NCBI GenBank assembly: GCA_965235115.1
Contig: OZ249436.1
Span: 52,206,001 to 52,270,000, forward strand
Direction of reading: 5' to 3'
Origin: Laetmonice hystrix
Taxonomy: Eukaryota
Length of the DNA: 64,000 nt
Under the pieces are notes generated by a model. The model did not search any database. It worked only from the letters and a program-made list of their open reading frames with translations, and had not been told where the DNA came from. Numbering within the stretch: the stretch's first letter is position 1; each line of letters begins with the position of its first letter. The position numbers and the translations under genes are program-made. Of the stretch, positions 1-13,539 are shown in pieces.

Positions 1-207
1 CTGAGGCATATAAAGTAGAATCTACCGGTAGATTGTATTTATCCATCCATTGTACTACTCACATTTCAGTCATAGCTAATGGTCACCCCATACTTGTGAA
101 AAGATAGGCCCCTAGTCACTCCATCCATGCTCCTCAAAAGTTCGTTAGAAAGAATTCACAGAGAAAGCAACTCGGATTTGACTGAAGCTCCCTCTTTATG
201 TTGGCAG

Positions 208-3200
208 GGCTGTTCCGAGTGTTGGATGAGGAGGGACGGAAGGGTCAGGTTGTGACAGCCGTCCCACTAGCCGGTCGGTCAAGACGGTATAACATGACGG
301 TCAGAGTGGTGGACGGTGGCACACCTAGTCGGCAGGCCATGGCTATCCTTATTGTTGATGTCATCCCAGCCAATAATGAGGCTCCGCGCTGGATCTGGCC
401 TCGCAATGACAACGAAACCGTGGATGCTCTTGAAGTAATTGACATGCAGTCATAGCCATAGATGAGACCAGAAGCAAAGCTTAGATAATCTATTTTAAGT
501 TTCCCTCCAGCAGTCATTAAATTTTCATTCCAACAGTTGCACTGTTCATCAGAAACAGGAGCACCTGACACGTAATGACGGAGATTGGTTTCTATTTGCA
601 GAACCAATATCTGGGGATCATAGTCACAGAAAACGTTCTCGCAGTCGATGACGGTGAGGGTGCAAATGGAGACGTTTCATATGGTTTCTTCTGGAACAAT
701 GTCTTTGTTCAAGAGACGCCAAACTTTAAGATTAACCCCATCACAGGGGTAATTACTGCCAAGAGAGTGTTTGACCGTGAGGCCCGCGACACGTACACGG
801 TGAGTGACATCGCACACTTTGTACTTGATTTGTCCTTGTGTTGTTGGCCCAGGGTCTCCAGCATTCACAGAAACAGCATTTTGATGCCAAACGAACATAT
901 CCGAAATTAGACAGGAACATGTATGTGAAGGTGCATCAATGGGTGCATAAAGTAGTCCAAACAGTGTAAAACTTGATGTCAAATGTGCGTCTTAGTTTGT
1001 CCAGGTTTAGATAGATTTATAGAGTGGTATGATGACAGAGACATGGCGTAGAATCCAGACGACTGACATAGTGTGGTGTGATTTGTGGTTTCATGTTCTG
1101 ACTGGTCGTGATCCTGGTTGTAGGTTTTACTGGTGGCACGGGACGGAGGGCGGCCGCCGTACCAGTCTATGAGGTACCTCACCATCAAAATCCGAGATAC
1201 AGACGACCATGACCCGGTGTTCCCCCAAAACTTGGTGAGTGCCGCACTCAGGGGGCAGGCAAACATAGACTTTATCCTCACAACCAGTAATTCAGATGTA
1301 CTTAGATTGTGACACTGGCCCAAGTGAAACCATGGTACTAGAAAACAGGGGGTCGGGCCCGGGTTTGACTGCCCAGAGAAATAGAGCATCCGACTGCTGG
1401 CCCCAGGTGTGACTGGGGAAATAGAACATCCGACTGCTGGCCCCAGGTGTGACTGGAGAAATAGAGCATCCGACTGCTGGCCCCAGGTGTGACTGGGGAA
1501 ATAGAACATCCGACTGCTGGCCCCAGGTGTGACTGGAGAAATAGAGCATCCGACTGCTGGCCCCAGGTGTGACTGGAGAAATAGAGCATCCGACTGCTGG
1601 CCCCAGGTGTGACTGGAGAAATAGAGCATCCGACTGCTGGCCCCAGGTGTGACTGGAGAAATAGAGCATCGGACTGCTGGCCCCAGGTGTGACTGGGGAA
1701 ATAGAACATCCGACTGCTGGCCCCAGGTGTGACTGGAGAAATAGAGCATCGGACTGCTGGCCCCAGGTGTGACTGGAGAAATAGAGCATCGGACTGCTGG
1801 CCCCAGGTGTGACTGGGGAAATAGAGCATCGGACTGCTGGCCCCAGGTGTGACTGGAGAAATAGAGCATCGGACTGCTGGCCCCAGGTGTGACTGGGGAA
1901 ATAGAACATCCGACTGCTGGCCCCAGGTGTGACTGGAGAAATAGAGCATCCGACTGCTGGCCCCAGGTGTGACTGGAGAAATAGAGCATCGGACTGCTGG
2001 CCCCAGGTGTGACTGGGGAAATAGAGCATCGGACTGCTGGCCCCAGGTGTGACTGGAGAAATAGAGCATCGGACTGCTGGCCCCAGGTGTGACTGGGGAA
2101 ATAGAGCATCCGACTGCTGGCCCCAGGTGTGACTGGAGAAATAGAGCATCGGACTGCTGGCCCCAGGTGTGACTGGGGAAATAGAGCATCGGACTGCTGG
2201 CCCCAGGTGTGACTGGAGAAATAGAGCATCGGACTGCTGGCCCCAGGTGTGACTGGGGAAATAGAGCATCCGACTGCTGGCCCCAGGTGTGACTGGAGAA
2301 ATAGAGCATCGGACTGCTGGCCCCAGGTGTGACTGAAGGAGAAGGTACAACTTCTCTCCCCAGGTGAGCCTGTCTTTTTAAAATGTCTAACTGCCAGTTT
2401 TCTCTTTATAGACCTGCTGCACCATCCCATACGTTTTCAGCGTTTCCGAGAACCTCCCATCCAACCAGTTTGTCGGGGAAGTGAAGGCCACTGACCTTGA
2501 CATAGGGCAGAACGCTGAGACCCGGTACTTCATCATTGACGGTGACCGTGGCGATGATTTCTACATAAACGAAACAACTGGACGTATCTACACCAACAAA
2601 AGGTTGGATCATGAGGTTGTCAGGCAGTATGAGCTGGAGGTGAGGGCCAGTAACCTGGTCACTCCCAACCGACCTGACCTTCTCAGTCCGCTCTGTGTGT
2701 GCCGTAAACCGTCAGTCGTCACCGTCATCATACGGGTCACAGATACCAATGACTTCTCGCCTGTCTTTGCACATGCCGTGTACAACTCGTGTGAGTATCG
2801 ATCACCATCAGGCGACTGCTTGCCGAATAGTGCAGTAATTATATGTGAAATATTCGGTGATGATTTCAGTGATTGGTTCCCTGCCTAGACACAACACAAC
2901 TCCCCAATTGCTAGCCACTTATCCTGTGTAGGAAGTTGTATGTGAATGATCAATAAGTGACCAGACCCACTATATGGGCTCTTAAAAGAATAGAAACTGT
3001 ACATAAGTCATATCTGAAAGAGGCACTAGCCTTTTTGCCCCTAGCATTGGTCAACATTAACGTGTTTATAATACCTTCATGTAATCATTGCCGTTTCTAG
3101 GTGTGGCCATAGATGCTCCGTTTGACAAGAGTGTACTGACGGTGGTAGCCGCTGACCCAGATGCGCCAAGCCTGACGCCAGTGTTGTACAGTATCAGTGA

Positions 3201-6200
3201 CATTAAGAGCCAGATAACAAGTGGCGTCGGCTACAACGCCGCCACCAAGGACACGTTCAAGATCGGCCGTCTGGATGGAATCATATCTACCAACGCTCTG
3301 ATGCAGGAGTACGAAGACCACTTCTTCAATCTGCGCGTAGCGGCAGCTGACCCCGGTGGTCTGGCATCGAATGCTCAAGTCAGGGTGGGTGACAACCTCG
3401 CTCTGCACAACTCCACCTAAAGAATATTATTCTAGGCCATTGTATTGTAATAATAGTCTGTGAAGGCAAAGGAGACCCAGAGAACGGGGGTGGGACAGCA
3501 CTCCTAAATGTGCACAGGGCCCATTATTTTGCACTTTTACACCGTCCAAGGTAAAGTTTAAAGATTCCCTCACCTATATTGAAGGTGATCCCTTATAAAT
3601 GTCCAAATTGCAGTAGGGCCTGCAAGATACAGTGGGTTCTGGTTTGTCAAATGCTCAGGTGGCGCCCAGTTGGTTTAGTTTTGAAAAAGGGTGGCGCAAC
3701 ATGTCGTGAAAGGCTGCAATGTCCTTGTAATTGGAAGCCAAGGAGTGCATAGCCAATATAATGCTCGCAAGTCAGTGTTAGCAGCACTGGGTGATTGTCA
3801 GGTGACCAACAGGTGAGAATGTTGTCTTCTCCTCACAACAGATCTGGGTGACAGAACCGTCAACAGAGCTGAAGTTGACTGTACGAGAGACCCCAGAACA
3901 GGTCTACCAAGGTACTCTCGACGAAATTGTGCAGTAAGTTCAACCAAGATTTTCTTCCTATGGTATTTACAGTAATAGCATTACGGACCTTTTCTAGAAA
4001 TTCTGAGGAAATCAAAAAAAAGATCATGAGTTACGTGAATCTAAAAAGGTCAAAGGCTCCTTTAACTAGTTAGCCTAACTTCAAATGGTTAAACACATCA
4101 GGGCTGTCCCCTGCCACTTTGAAATAGGCAGCGGCGCCCCTGCTTTGATGAGGGATGGAGGCCTTGTGAATCTACCATGTAACACTGGGTGGGGCCTGGT
4201 TCGCCGAGTAAACGTTCCGACCTATTATAGGGAGGCACTTTTTACTCTTCTACATCACTCTGACCAATCGAGGCGTCCATACTGATTATGATCTGTACAG
4301 GGGCGAAATGAGGACACATCTTAATGCTAGACTTGCAATTGCTTGCACATTTTGGCACTGCATTCATGAGGGATGTAAATTGAGGGAGAGGGCAGTACTT
4401 CTGATGATTGCATGACGTCATGTTGCAGGATGGTGTCGGAGAAAACCAATGGTGGTATCGTCTGCGTTAGTGACGTCAGATTTCACGTCGGCGGTGGCGG
4501 CGAGATCAACACTCTGTGGTAAGTTGGTGGTAGAGTGACACTAAACCCAATCGCCATGGAGTCAAGTACATCCCCACTTGAACAGTGTCATCTTTTCGCA
4601 GACACTTTTTGGTAACTGATCACCGAGCATCGTTATGTTAGGTTAGATTATAGTTGAGACCACATGGCCGAGTTGTACACAGTGAATGAACACTGTTGTC
4701 TACTCTGACTTACACACTGCCATTTCAAAGAAGTGGCTCTAAATACAATATGAATAAAATGCTTACTCAGCATGATAAAAGAAATATGTTATGTTTTAAA
4801 ATCAACTGACCTGATGCATGGCGTCTGTGCACCCTGTAGGAGTGACATTATCCTTCACGTCATTGATGGCAACAGTTTGATCATTTACACCACCGACTAC
4901 CTCATCCCGCTGCTGTGGCCGACAGGTGTGCCTGTTGACCCCCGCATGGAGGCCCTGCTCATCGAAAACGTTCAGGTGATTCAGTCAGCACTCGCTCACT
5001 ACAGCAGAACACCACCTGGCCATTCTCTGTATGACCTATGTATATTACCAAGTCATTGTGCACTGCTGCATAGGTTTATTTGTATGACCAAGTTCTTGCA
5101 TCCCGTGTATTGTGCCTCACTGAGTCATTTTGTCTTGTGCATATGTCCCAGAACAGGCCACTTTGTGCTGTTGGATTGTCTTTGGTCATTATAGCTCTGT
5201 TTGTAAACCAATCTTTACAATCTGCAGGCAGCAAATGCATTGTGGACTGGTTTCATCATCGACCCAATCCTGGCAGCCATCCTCCTCATCCTTCTCCTCC
5301 TCCTCCTCGCCCTCCTCCTCCTCTGCTGCCTCTGCTGCTGTATGAAAGCCATGGCACGACGACAGGCCAGGAAAGCAGGACTCCGTCAGTATTTCTTCAA
5401 TTCTTTTTTATCTTTTGTACGCGCAGTAAGAAAGGGATTGTCAGTGGGGGTGTTTGGGGTGGGGTTTGAGAAGAGGACAGTTACTATTTGGGATTGTGCC
5501 TGAGGTGGAGGGATGCCGCCAGAAAGAAGTACGACTCGGTTTGACCAAGTCCAGGCAAGAAAATTCAGGAAAACAGAAGGAAACAAGGGTCCGAAAAACT
5601 TCTATAACTCTAATCAATGTTGCTGACAGCCTTCCCTGAATAAACTGCGGAATAGTCTACTATCAGTTTAGTCCGTAACTCCTGTAGGAGAAGTTTGATT
5701 CTAACTTATGCGCAGTCACAAAGAGTAGAAAACATTGAGATATGACTTGTTGGTCTCCCTTTACAAAGATGGAAAACTCTGCTAAAAGCTAATCTCGGTA
5801 CTTTCGTTTTCAGTCATCGAACCTTTGATGAAGACTGGAGGAACGTAAGTCCGAGTCTGCCTGACTGTTTTACTATGTACCACTCATAGTTTCATTCAAA
5901 ATGATTGCAATATTAAGGAAATCATTTACAGGAAACATAATTCTGTATGGAATCGGTACCTTTACGTTTTAGATGTAGAATGATTGCTATTGTAGGCTAC
6001 AGATATTACTGAAGTTTTTCACTGTCGAGAGTGAGGTTTTTGTTGTATTATTTATATCAGAGGGGCAGATGAGTTAACGATAAGGATTTATGATTGCAGG
6101 ATTAATCCGATCTGGCAGGAACGTCTGTATGAGGATCAGGAGCTCAACATGAAGCTGGGTACGGTCGGAGGTATCGACAACGCTGGCTATATGGTCGGTC

Positions 6201-7160
6201 AGGATGCCACAGCCCGCCTAGCCCTGGGTGGTGGCGAGGTGTCCCAGACCACCCACACCACCACCTCCGAGTATCAGATGAACTACGAGCGCACGCAGAC
6301 CCAGCAGGTAACCACCTCTCACTTAGAGGCACACTTAGATCTATCTACAGCCACAGCCAGGATTTTGAAAATGCAACCTTTTTAATAAAAAAAAAAACGT
6401 CGTAGGCCTATGTGAAATTTCCCTGGGGATCTTTTCTTTGACTCTGCATAACTAGAAGTCAGTCAACGTCGTGCATATTTTACAACAGTTCACATAGCTT
6501 ATTCACAATGCTATATTGAGAAGCTATCTTTGTAGAGGTCTTTATTGAAACCAGCTCCTAATCTTGCTGTGGTTGCCTGTATTTCAGATGATTGGAGAGG
6601 ACACCGTTGACGCTGGAGACGTCCGTATCGTGGCCCCGCTGTCACCAAGGAGTGGAGCGAGCGCCAGCAGCGCCGCAATGTTACTCAACGGCGGCTCAAC
6701 ACTTGGTGGCCATAGCGTGATGGCTGACAGCGCCACGCAGGTGGAGCTGATGGCCTCTAGGTCGTCACTGCGGCACCCGTCCTCCAACGGGCCGTCCCAG
6801 ATCGGGGCCCGCCTCCACAGCTATGCCCTGGAGCTGCCCCAGGAGGTGTACTCGTCAGACGTGGATCGCTACAGCTCGGCCTACATGAGTGGCGGTGGAG
6901 GGGTACATGAGTCGTATGTGACGACGTGGCCACGGCGGGTGTACAGTGAACAGGACGTACGGCATGTTGACCAGGGCGGGTCACTGTACGCGACCCGCAG
7001 CGTCGACCTGGTGGATGGTGGCGGTGGCGGTGGCCTATATCAGGGTGAGATCATCCTTGGATCACTCCATCCACCTCAGTTTCCCAACCACCAGCAGCAG
7101 GAGACACGCTACCATACAGCATCCCGCCAGATCATGTACGACGATTCAATGTACCACTAG
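208..7160 (+). CDS. Cadherin-related type I membrane protein (CDH23/Cad87A/Cad99C-like); 3' part only, 5' end lies upstream of the window
   Basis: Phase-consistent GT-AG exons: 208-434, 602-799, 1124-1234, 2412-2790, 3101-3384, 3842-3933, 4429-4518, 4840-4975, 5228-5384, 5814-5844, 6100-6307, 6588-7160 (TAG). EC Ca-binding motifs (FDREARD, DTDDHDPVF, VKATDLD, LDHE, DTNDFSPVF, AADPD), a non-EC membrane-adjacent domain, TM ILAAILLILLLLLLALLLL plus CCLCCC, and cytoplasmic NPIW..YEDQEL. Confidence 0.88.
1376..2335. repeat. Intronic minisatellite, ~24 copies of a 40-bp unit
   Basis: Unit GAGAAATAGAGCATCCGACTGCTGGCCCCAGGTGTGACTG repeated head-to-tail with only three variable positions; lies in the cadherin intron 1235-2411. 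Confidence 0.97.
4099..4142. mobile_element. Short remnant of the hAT-like MITE family also found at 56077
   Basis: CCACTTTGAAATAGGCAGCGGCGCCCCTG is the reverse complement of the terminus at 56077. Confidence 0.5.
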
Positions 7161-8888
7161 GCGACCACCAATACCACTCACCATCATGTAAGTTGGTGGA
7201 CTCACAACCAACTTGCGAAGATGATTTTGCACATCATCATTCCTCAACAACCTCGGTCTGATCGAGCCACGACGTATTTCACCGCCCCCAGTACCATGCA
7301 TACAGTTACGGGACTATACAACAGTTCTAAGGCCACATCATATATGTCTAGGTAAACTTGGATTGTGCATTGTAATCAATTTGTAACCTGCTGTGATGCT
7401 GCAGCCAGTTCATAGCACTGGCAGTCTTTCTCGTCCTGCTTCAGGAGAATATTGGACATACTTATGTTAATATCAGGGTACTATCATCATGTTTTAAAGG
7501 AGAGTGGGTATCGGCAGAGAGAGTTACTGCTATGTCCACCCATGTATCTCAGGCTGTAGGCCCTACAGAAGACGAAGGCAATTCTCTTCTCAATCTGTCC
7601 AACTTGGGTTGAGATTCTTATGCCAGTGACAAAAAAAGGGAATGCCCTCCAGTTATTTCAGAGGCACTTTCTTAGAAAAAAATCAGAGCCATGGAGGCCC
7701 CCTAATCACGGTAGGCCTACAATTTGGTCTGGCAACATTCGTTATGAACGGTAGATTCCAAGCGGTGTGCTTTAATACTTAGATTACGTAATAGGCCTAA
7801 AATATTCCGGAACATGCGCAATACTGGATAATTTTAAAGACCAATAGGAGATGAGGTTATAGAAAAAGTGTCTTGCGGAAGTGAGATTCAGGTATTTAAG
7901 AAATGACAAGTTAAAGAAGTCTAAGACACTGATGTGCCAAGGGATGCTTTGGCAAATTTGTGGAAAGAGTTTTCTTAGCATGAGGAATAGCAATTAGCTG
8001 ACGTCTTGAAACGCTTTGTTTATAAATGTTTTGACACCTAATGGGATTGTAATATGCGATTTAAAAATGAGCTTCTGCTTTTCAGAAAAAAATATGTATC
8101 TGAGATATTTATGCAGAAGGGTAGAGTTAGTTTCTGTTGGAGAGGTAGCCCGTAGGAGGGCTGTAGATTGTATAGGCCTACAGAGAGGCCTACAGGTATT
8201 TAATGAGATGAATGTATGGATTGTTATGAATGACATGTCATTGATAGAGTATTACTGCTAAAAGTTCCGTATTTATTTATATCTTCAAGCGGTTGGTGAC
8301 AAGTTGGCATACGAGGGGAATTTATTGGGAGTCCTAACATTTTGATACATTGAAATTACAAATGTACCTGTACATTACATCCAGACCTTGATTTGTCATC
8401 TGTTTTACATTATTTATCACGGTATAACTTCAACTTGTTATATGCAGGTTTCAATCATTACGATACAAGCATAACTTTTTTTATATATTGTTTTTGGTAC
8501 ATGTACCCGTACATGCTTAGCTGAAACTGCTTGTTACTGTGCAATATTTTACTTAACATTAAAATTGCCAAGCAAAATATAATGTTACAGCATTGTTTAC
8601 TGATTGATCAAAAATTGTAAGCACGAAATGGAACCGTCTTTTCAATTTAGTTTTTACCAGAGATGAGGTACTGTAAGACTAACTATAGGCCAGATCAGGA
8701 GCCTTGTCACTATACGAGCAACAGACCAAATGTCAAGATGGTATATCTTGTAGCTCCTGGACATTTTCTTTTTTTATTATCTGATTCCTCCATTTAATTG
8801 AAATGCCCAGAACATACGATGGAAGGGTTAACAGCATGATAACAATAGCAGTTTTGTTATAACCTACCTAGATTTGTTGGGACATCTG

Positions 8889-9124
8889 GGCCCGATTTGT
8901 CAAAACTTGAGTACTTGCTTAAGATTAAGCTTAACACTTCTGATTGGCTGGTGTAAGCTTACACCAGCCAATCAGCTTATGTAAGCTTACACAAGCTGAT
9001 TGGCTGGTGTAAGCTTACACAAGCTGATTGGCTGGTGTAAGCTTCCACAAGCTGATTGGCTGGTGTAAGCTTCCACAAGCCAATCAAAGCTTGGGACGAA
9101 CGCAAGTTTTGAAAAAACCGGGCC
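8889..9124. mobile_element. PIF/Harbinger-type MITE with internal ~28-bp tandem repeats
   Basis: TIRs GGCCCGATTTGTCAAAACTTG and CAAGTTTTGAAAAAACCGGGCC; 3-bp CTG duplication at 8886-8888 and 9125-9127; internal repeats of CTGATTGGCTGGTGTAAGCTT(A/C)CACAAG. Confidence 0.75.
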
Positions 9125-11014
9125 CTGAAGAAGAATACAGTACTACCAGAAAGGACTCGTATATGTGTCACCTTGCAATTTGTATATTACTGAAGCGATG
9201 TGGTTTACTGATTAGTGTATTTATTACAGGTAATCAAATGTAAGAGCCGTGTGCAAACAGCACTATATTTAATGTCGGTACTACAAAACGACTGTATGAC
9301 AACAACTTTATTTGTCAAATTTATCTCAATAAAAAGGGATCTTTGTGGAGTTTACTTCTAGATGTATATACCGGATTACTCTGGCTATTTTTGTATGTAC
9401 GATAAAAAGAAATAACGGACTGGTTTGTTTCTCCCTTTTTTAATTTTGGCGATATATATATGCCAACATCCCGAGTTAGATGTTAACGGGAGTTAATTTT
9501 AACAGTTGAAGAGGCAGCTGGGCCAGCCTATCGAAATGGGCGTTTGAATTTTAAAAGATATGAGCAGTTTATGCTATGTGAGCAGTTTATGCTATCTTAC
9601 AATCATATATTAAAATATATTAAAACATTCTGCTGCGAGTCTACTGCTAATTGCTTTACTGTGCATATATAACCCCTATTAACTGATGAGGTGATTATTA
9701 TGTTCCCTTTGAAAGGTGCTGATTAAACAACATGATAATTTAAGCCTTTGAATTGTCATTATTCTCGTCAATATAGGGAGAATAGCCTTGACATAATTAA
9801 GAGGTGTCAAGTAGTGATCTAAATCAAATTCATTGCGTTTTACTCATTTTTGATGGGGAGAACTTAATTTGGAGGAAGGTGGGCAGTTTTTCGATGCCAG
9901 TAGCTTTGATGGTGTTCAGTTCATCGCTGCGTATAACTCCTGAAGCGACTTGGTCGTGTTATGATGGCTCTAGTTAGACCTTTAACGGTTGGAATGTCAG
10001 CGTCTAGCTGGGGTCATTGTCTTTTTACTGATCTATCTCCAGCTCTACTCTCTCTTTCCACCCTGGCCCAAATCGCTTCCGGCGCTCGAGACTGGCAGTT
10101 CTCATTCTCGATTCAGCAGACCCTTATGGCCGAGTTCGACTGTAACTCGAAGTCAGACTCGGTCGGGTCGAGTCGCAGTCGAACTGCACTTTTTTCGAGA
10201 GTCCGACCCAAATGACGTCACATCTGACCCAGTTTACTCCCTCGAGTCCAACCCACGCCTGTTGGGGGGGGGGGGGGGTTGAACCCGAGCATAGCACGTG
10301 ACAAAATGGCGTCTCAGCACATGAAAGTATCCAAAATGATGCTATAGGCCTAGGCCTATTAGGCAGATTTGTCAAGTTTTTAACAGGGCAGCTGAGAAAT
10401 ATTTCAAATACTTATGGTCACTGGTTGAGTCCATCGTTATCCAGCAGCACGGGCTTAGAAATATTTTGTAAAAGGCAAATCCCTGAATGTAGTCTAGATA
10501 GTCATCGTTGTGTGTCAAGACATTACCGCCCCACCAAGTCGGCATCTCCGACCGTCGTTAATTAAGTCAGGTCCGGGAAGCGAACATATTTTTAGTCTTC
10601 TCACCTCTGCCGCGTCGGGTCATCTCAACCCGGCCAGGAGTGGGCAGGCTCGCGCTGGTAAAGTCAAATCCAAGCCTAATGGAGCGCTATTTCTTGTCAA
10701 GAAACATCGGAGGAAAGAAATTAAAGCAGTCAGAACGACAGAATGTTTTATTAGTCCAGTGGGATAGATTCAAGATCAGGTAAGCTTGAAATACGCGGAT
10801 TCGTAGGAGATGGGGACAAAACTCGGCGGCCGTAGGGTGATCGATTACCTTTAATGTTATAGTTTCTGTTCCACCGGCGTGAATTTCAGATATCAAGTCA
10901 TCCCTGATCCCTTGCAGAATTCGGTCAAAGTTAAAGACTGCCCTTCCTATTCTAAAGTTGTCAGTGAAGTCCTTCAAGCTAAACAGGGGAACCGCATTCT
11001 CGGCGAATTCTTTT

Positions 11015-11198
11015 GTTAAGGTCATACGCTCCCTTACCTCATAACTTAATAACATAATGAGATTTATTGCTAGTCTTTTAGCCAATGGTCAGAAATTTTC
11101 CTTCTGCGGCTGCGCGGTGACCGCGCAGCCCCCTCCCACCTGATGACGTCACCACCCGGCCCATTTGAGCTGGCTAGCTAGTCACATTTTGTCTGACC
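11015..11198 (+). repeat. DIRS left inverted terminal repeat
   Basis: Reverse complement of ~16766-16949; the core 11033-11198 differs from the right copy by about one substitution and one indel. Contains a perfect 11-bp hairpin (11108-11130) and a TGACGTCA site. Confidence 0.93.
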
Positions 11199-11502
11199 AC
11201 GGGTGCACCCACACGTGTTCGTCAGACTATTGCGGAGTTATAGCCTTTGGTCAGGCTTGGGTTTATCGTTTTCGTACACAGAAACTGTGAGTATTTAAAC
11301 CCTTGGTTCTTCTTACGAATTTCGTTCGCCAGCTTTTCCTGTCCGGGGAGTGTGGTTTTACGAGCGGTTTGCATTGTTCGTTTCTTGTATTTACCGACTC
11401 GCCACGTAGTGTGGTTTGGTCTCGGTCTACCGGTCACCGCTTGGTCACCGCCTTTTGACTGTTGACCTGTGGTTGACGAAGCTTCCATGTATTGAGTGAC
11501 TG

Positions 11503-13538
11503 GTGTTTAATTTTGGTATGTTTTTACCGTCACAGATGACCAGGTGTCAACATGAGTTACTCTTAGGCCTATGGGACGACCGTCGGCGGTGTGTAGCGCT
11601 CGAGAGTTGGAGGCCAGACGGGGTCGCGGACCTCGGCTCTCCGTCTGAGTCGACGGCCGGGGCGGACTCGGTGGCCGGGTCGTCAGTCCGGGGGGTCTCA
11701 GCCAGACCTGCCGTCGAGCTTAGGATGTGGTAGGACGACCTCCCCGGGGAAGTTGGCTTCGGGCGGCGAGGGGGCCGGTGTGGCTCCGGTCTCCATTCGG
11801 CGGAGTGGAGACCTGGCTCCCTTTTACGATTGGTACGGGGTCGCACGCGGTTGACCGTCCAAGTAGACGGGATTCCGTGATGCCTAACTTGACCCAGACG
11901 TCGAACTGTCCGCCAGCCAGGCAGGGGCAGGACGGCGTCTCGTAACTTTTCGGAGATTGAGACAGGGTCGCACATGGTTGACCGTCCAAGTAGACGGGAT
12001 TCCGTGATGCCTAACTTGACCCAGACGTCGGACTGTCCGCCAGACAGGCAGGGGCAGGACGGCGTCTTGTCCAATCTAGTGGCCAGGGAGGCTGATGACC
12101 CGATGTTCGGGATGTCGGTCTCCCAGCCGGTGAACTGTCAGCCCAAGAGGCAGGGGCAGGGATCCGGCTTACCTGACGGCGGAGTGAGACTAGGCCACAG
12201 TCAGGGCGGTAGCGTTGCCCCCGGGCTTGATTTCTTTAGAGATCTCGAGCCCGTCGGCGGAGCCCTTCAAAGCGCGGAGCCCTTCAAAGCGCGTGACGAG
12301 CCTGTGCGTGACGGCGCTCGCCTTCAGTTCTCACGGGGGAGAACTACGACACCCTCGGCCACGATAACACGGGAGTCGGTTAGCCGGGACCCCTACCAGC
12401 GGCGTAGTAGGCCCTTTCAAGATGGGAGTGACTCGGTTTCTGATCTCTCCCCTCCCCGACTAGTTGCGGAGTCCGGCCCGGTTAGGTCTAGGTCTCCTCT
12501 ACGTCGTCACCAGCCGTGGGATGGAGACTCCGTGCAGGAGCTTCCCTTGAGCTTTGCGGAGTTGCGTAACAAGGCATCCCGCCTCCTAGGAGAGCAGGTT
12601 TGCCCGCCTCGTCGGGATTCCCCCTGCTTAGCCTTGCCAGCGGTGCCTGCCTTTCAGTTAGACTGGGGTTCGCCCCTGCCGGAGGTGGTGAATTTTCCGT
12701 ATGGAGCCAGTAATACACAGATTTGGGACGTCCTCTCGGCTTGGCTTAAAGGAGTTCCCGGCAAGCCTTCCACGTTGGGCTTGCCAAGCCCACCGGTGGG
12801 AGCCCTGGATTCGACCCCTAGTGGTATGGGGACCGGGCATTTCTTCAAGTTTGACAAAGGAAAGACCCGGCCGAAGATTAAGTGGTTCCGTCCCCAGGAC
12901 TATTTGCTGCACTCGGGACCTCCAGCTGCCGGTCCCTCGCTAGATGGGGAGGCTGCGGCTCTCAACATTTCGGAGCCCTCCAATATTTCGGTTTCTCGTT
13001 ACCTCTTAGGAGAATTTGACGATAGGGCACGAGCTACGACGGCCGCGGCGATTTCGGCCGAGTTTTTGTTAGCTGCGGCTCAGAAATCTCTACGCGCTGG
13101 GTTCCTTGCGGATGTGGAGATTTTCTGTCTTCGTCTGCGGTCGCCCTTCGCCACGTGATCGAGCTACAGGTGCGAACTCAGGCATATGTGATTTTGCTTC
13201 GGCGTGATGCGGCTTTAAAGTCTTCAGTCTTATCTGAAGCATCTCGCACTCTGTTACGCCAAACTCCCCTGCAGGCGGACTGGCTATTCGCGGGTCAGTT
13301 GGCAGAGGCTGCGACGCGCGAGAAGGCGGCTTGGGAATTACGTCGTAGTCTTGAACCCCCAGCGGCTCATTCTCGTTATGGTCGACAAGCTCTACGCCGG
13401 CCGTTGCAGCACTTTCGGCCGTTCTACCCCCAGAGTGGGTCGACTCTTAGGCCGACGGAGTCTATGTTCCGGGGGCGGGGACGGGGGCCCAGTCGGGGCC
13501 GTCCCCAGTCACGGGGCCGGTGGCGCGGCCGTCCTTAG
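11503..13538 (+). pseudogene. DIRS gag-like ORF1, frameshifted
   Basis: Consecutive + strand ORF pieces (11503, 11727, 11974-13158, 13155-13538) directly upstream of RT; C-terminal ILLRRDAAL..LRQTPL..WLFAG motif and RG-rich tail typical of DIRS gag. Confidence 0.7.
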
Positions 13539-13539
13539 T

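Noticed and set aside
1376..2335. CRISPR-like array
   Set aside because: The units are contiguous with no unique spacers, there are no cas genes, and the array lies in a eukaryotic intron.
979..2430. Long minus-strand ORFs (483, 352 and 323 aa)
   Set aside because: Artefacts of a stop-free 40-bp repeat, antisense to a cadherin intron.
2857..3017. Intronic C/D-box snoRNA candidate
   Set aside because: GTGATGA and CTGA are present but far apart, with no terminal stem or recognisable guide sequence.
11140..11200. Hammerhead ribozyme core (CTGATGA) in the DIRS ITR
   Set aside because: No correctly placed GAAA or stem II; the motif is better explained as part of a TGACGTCA site.
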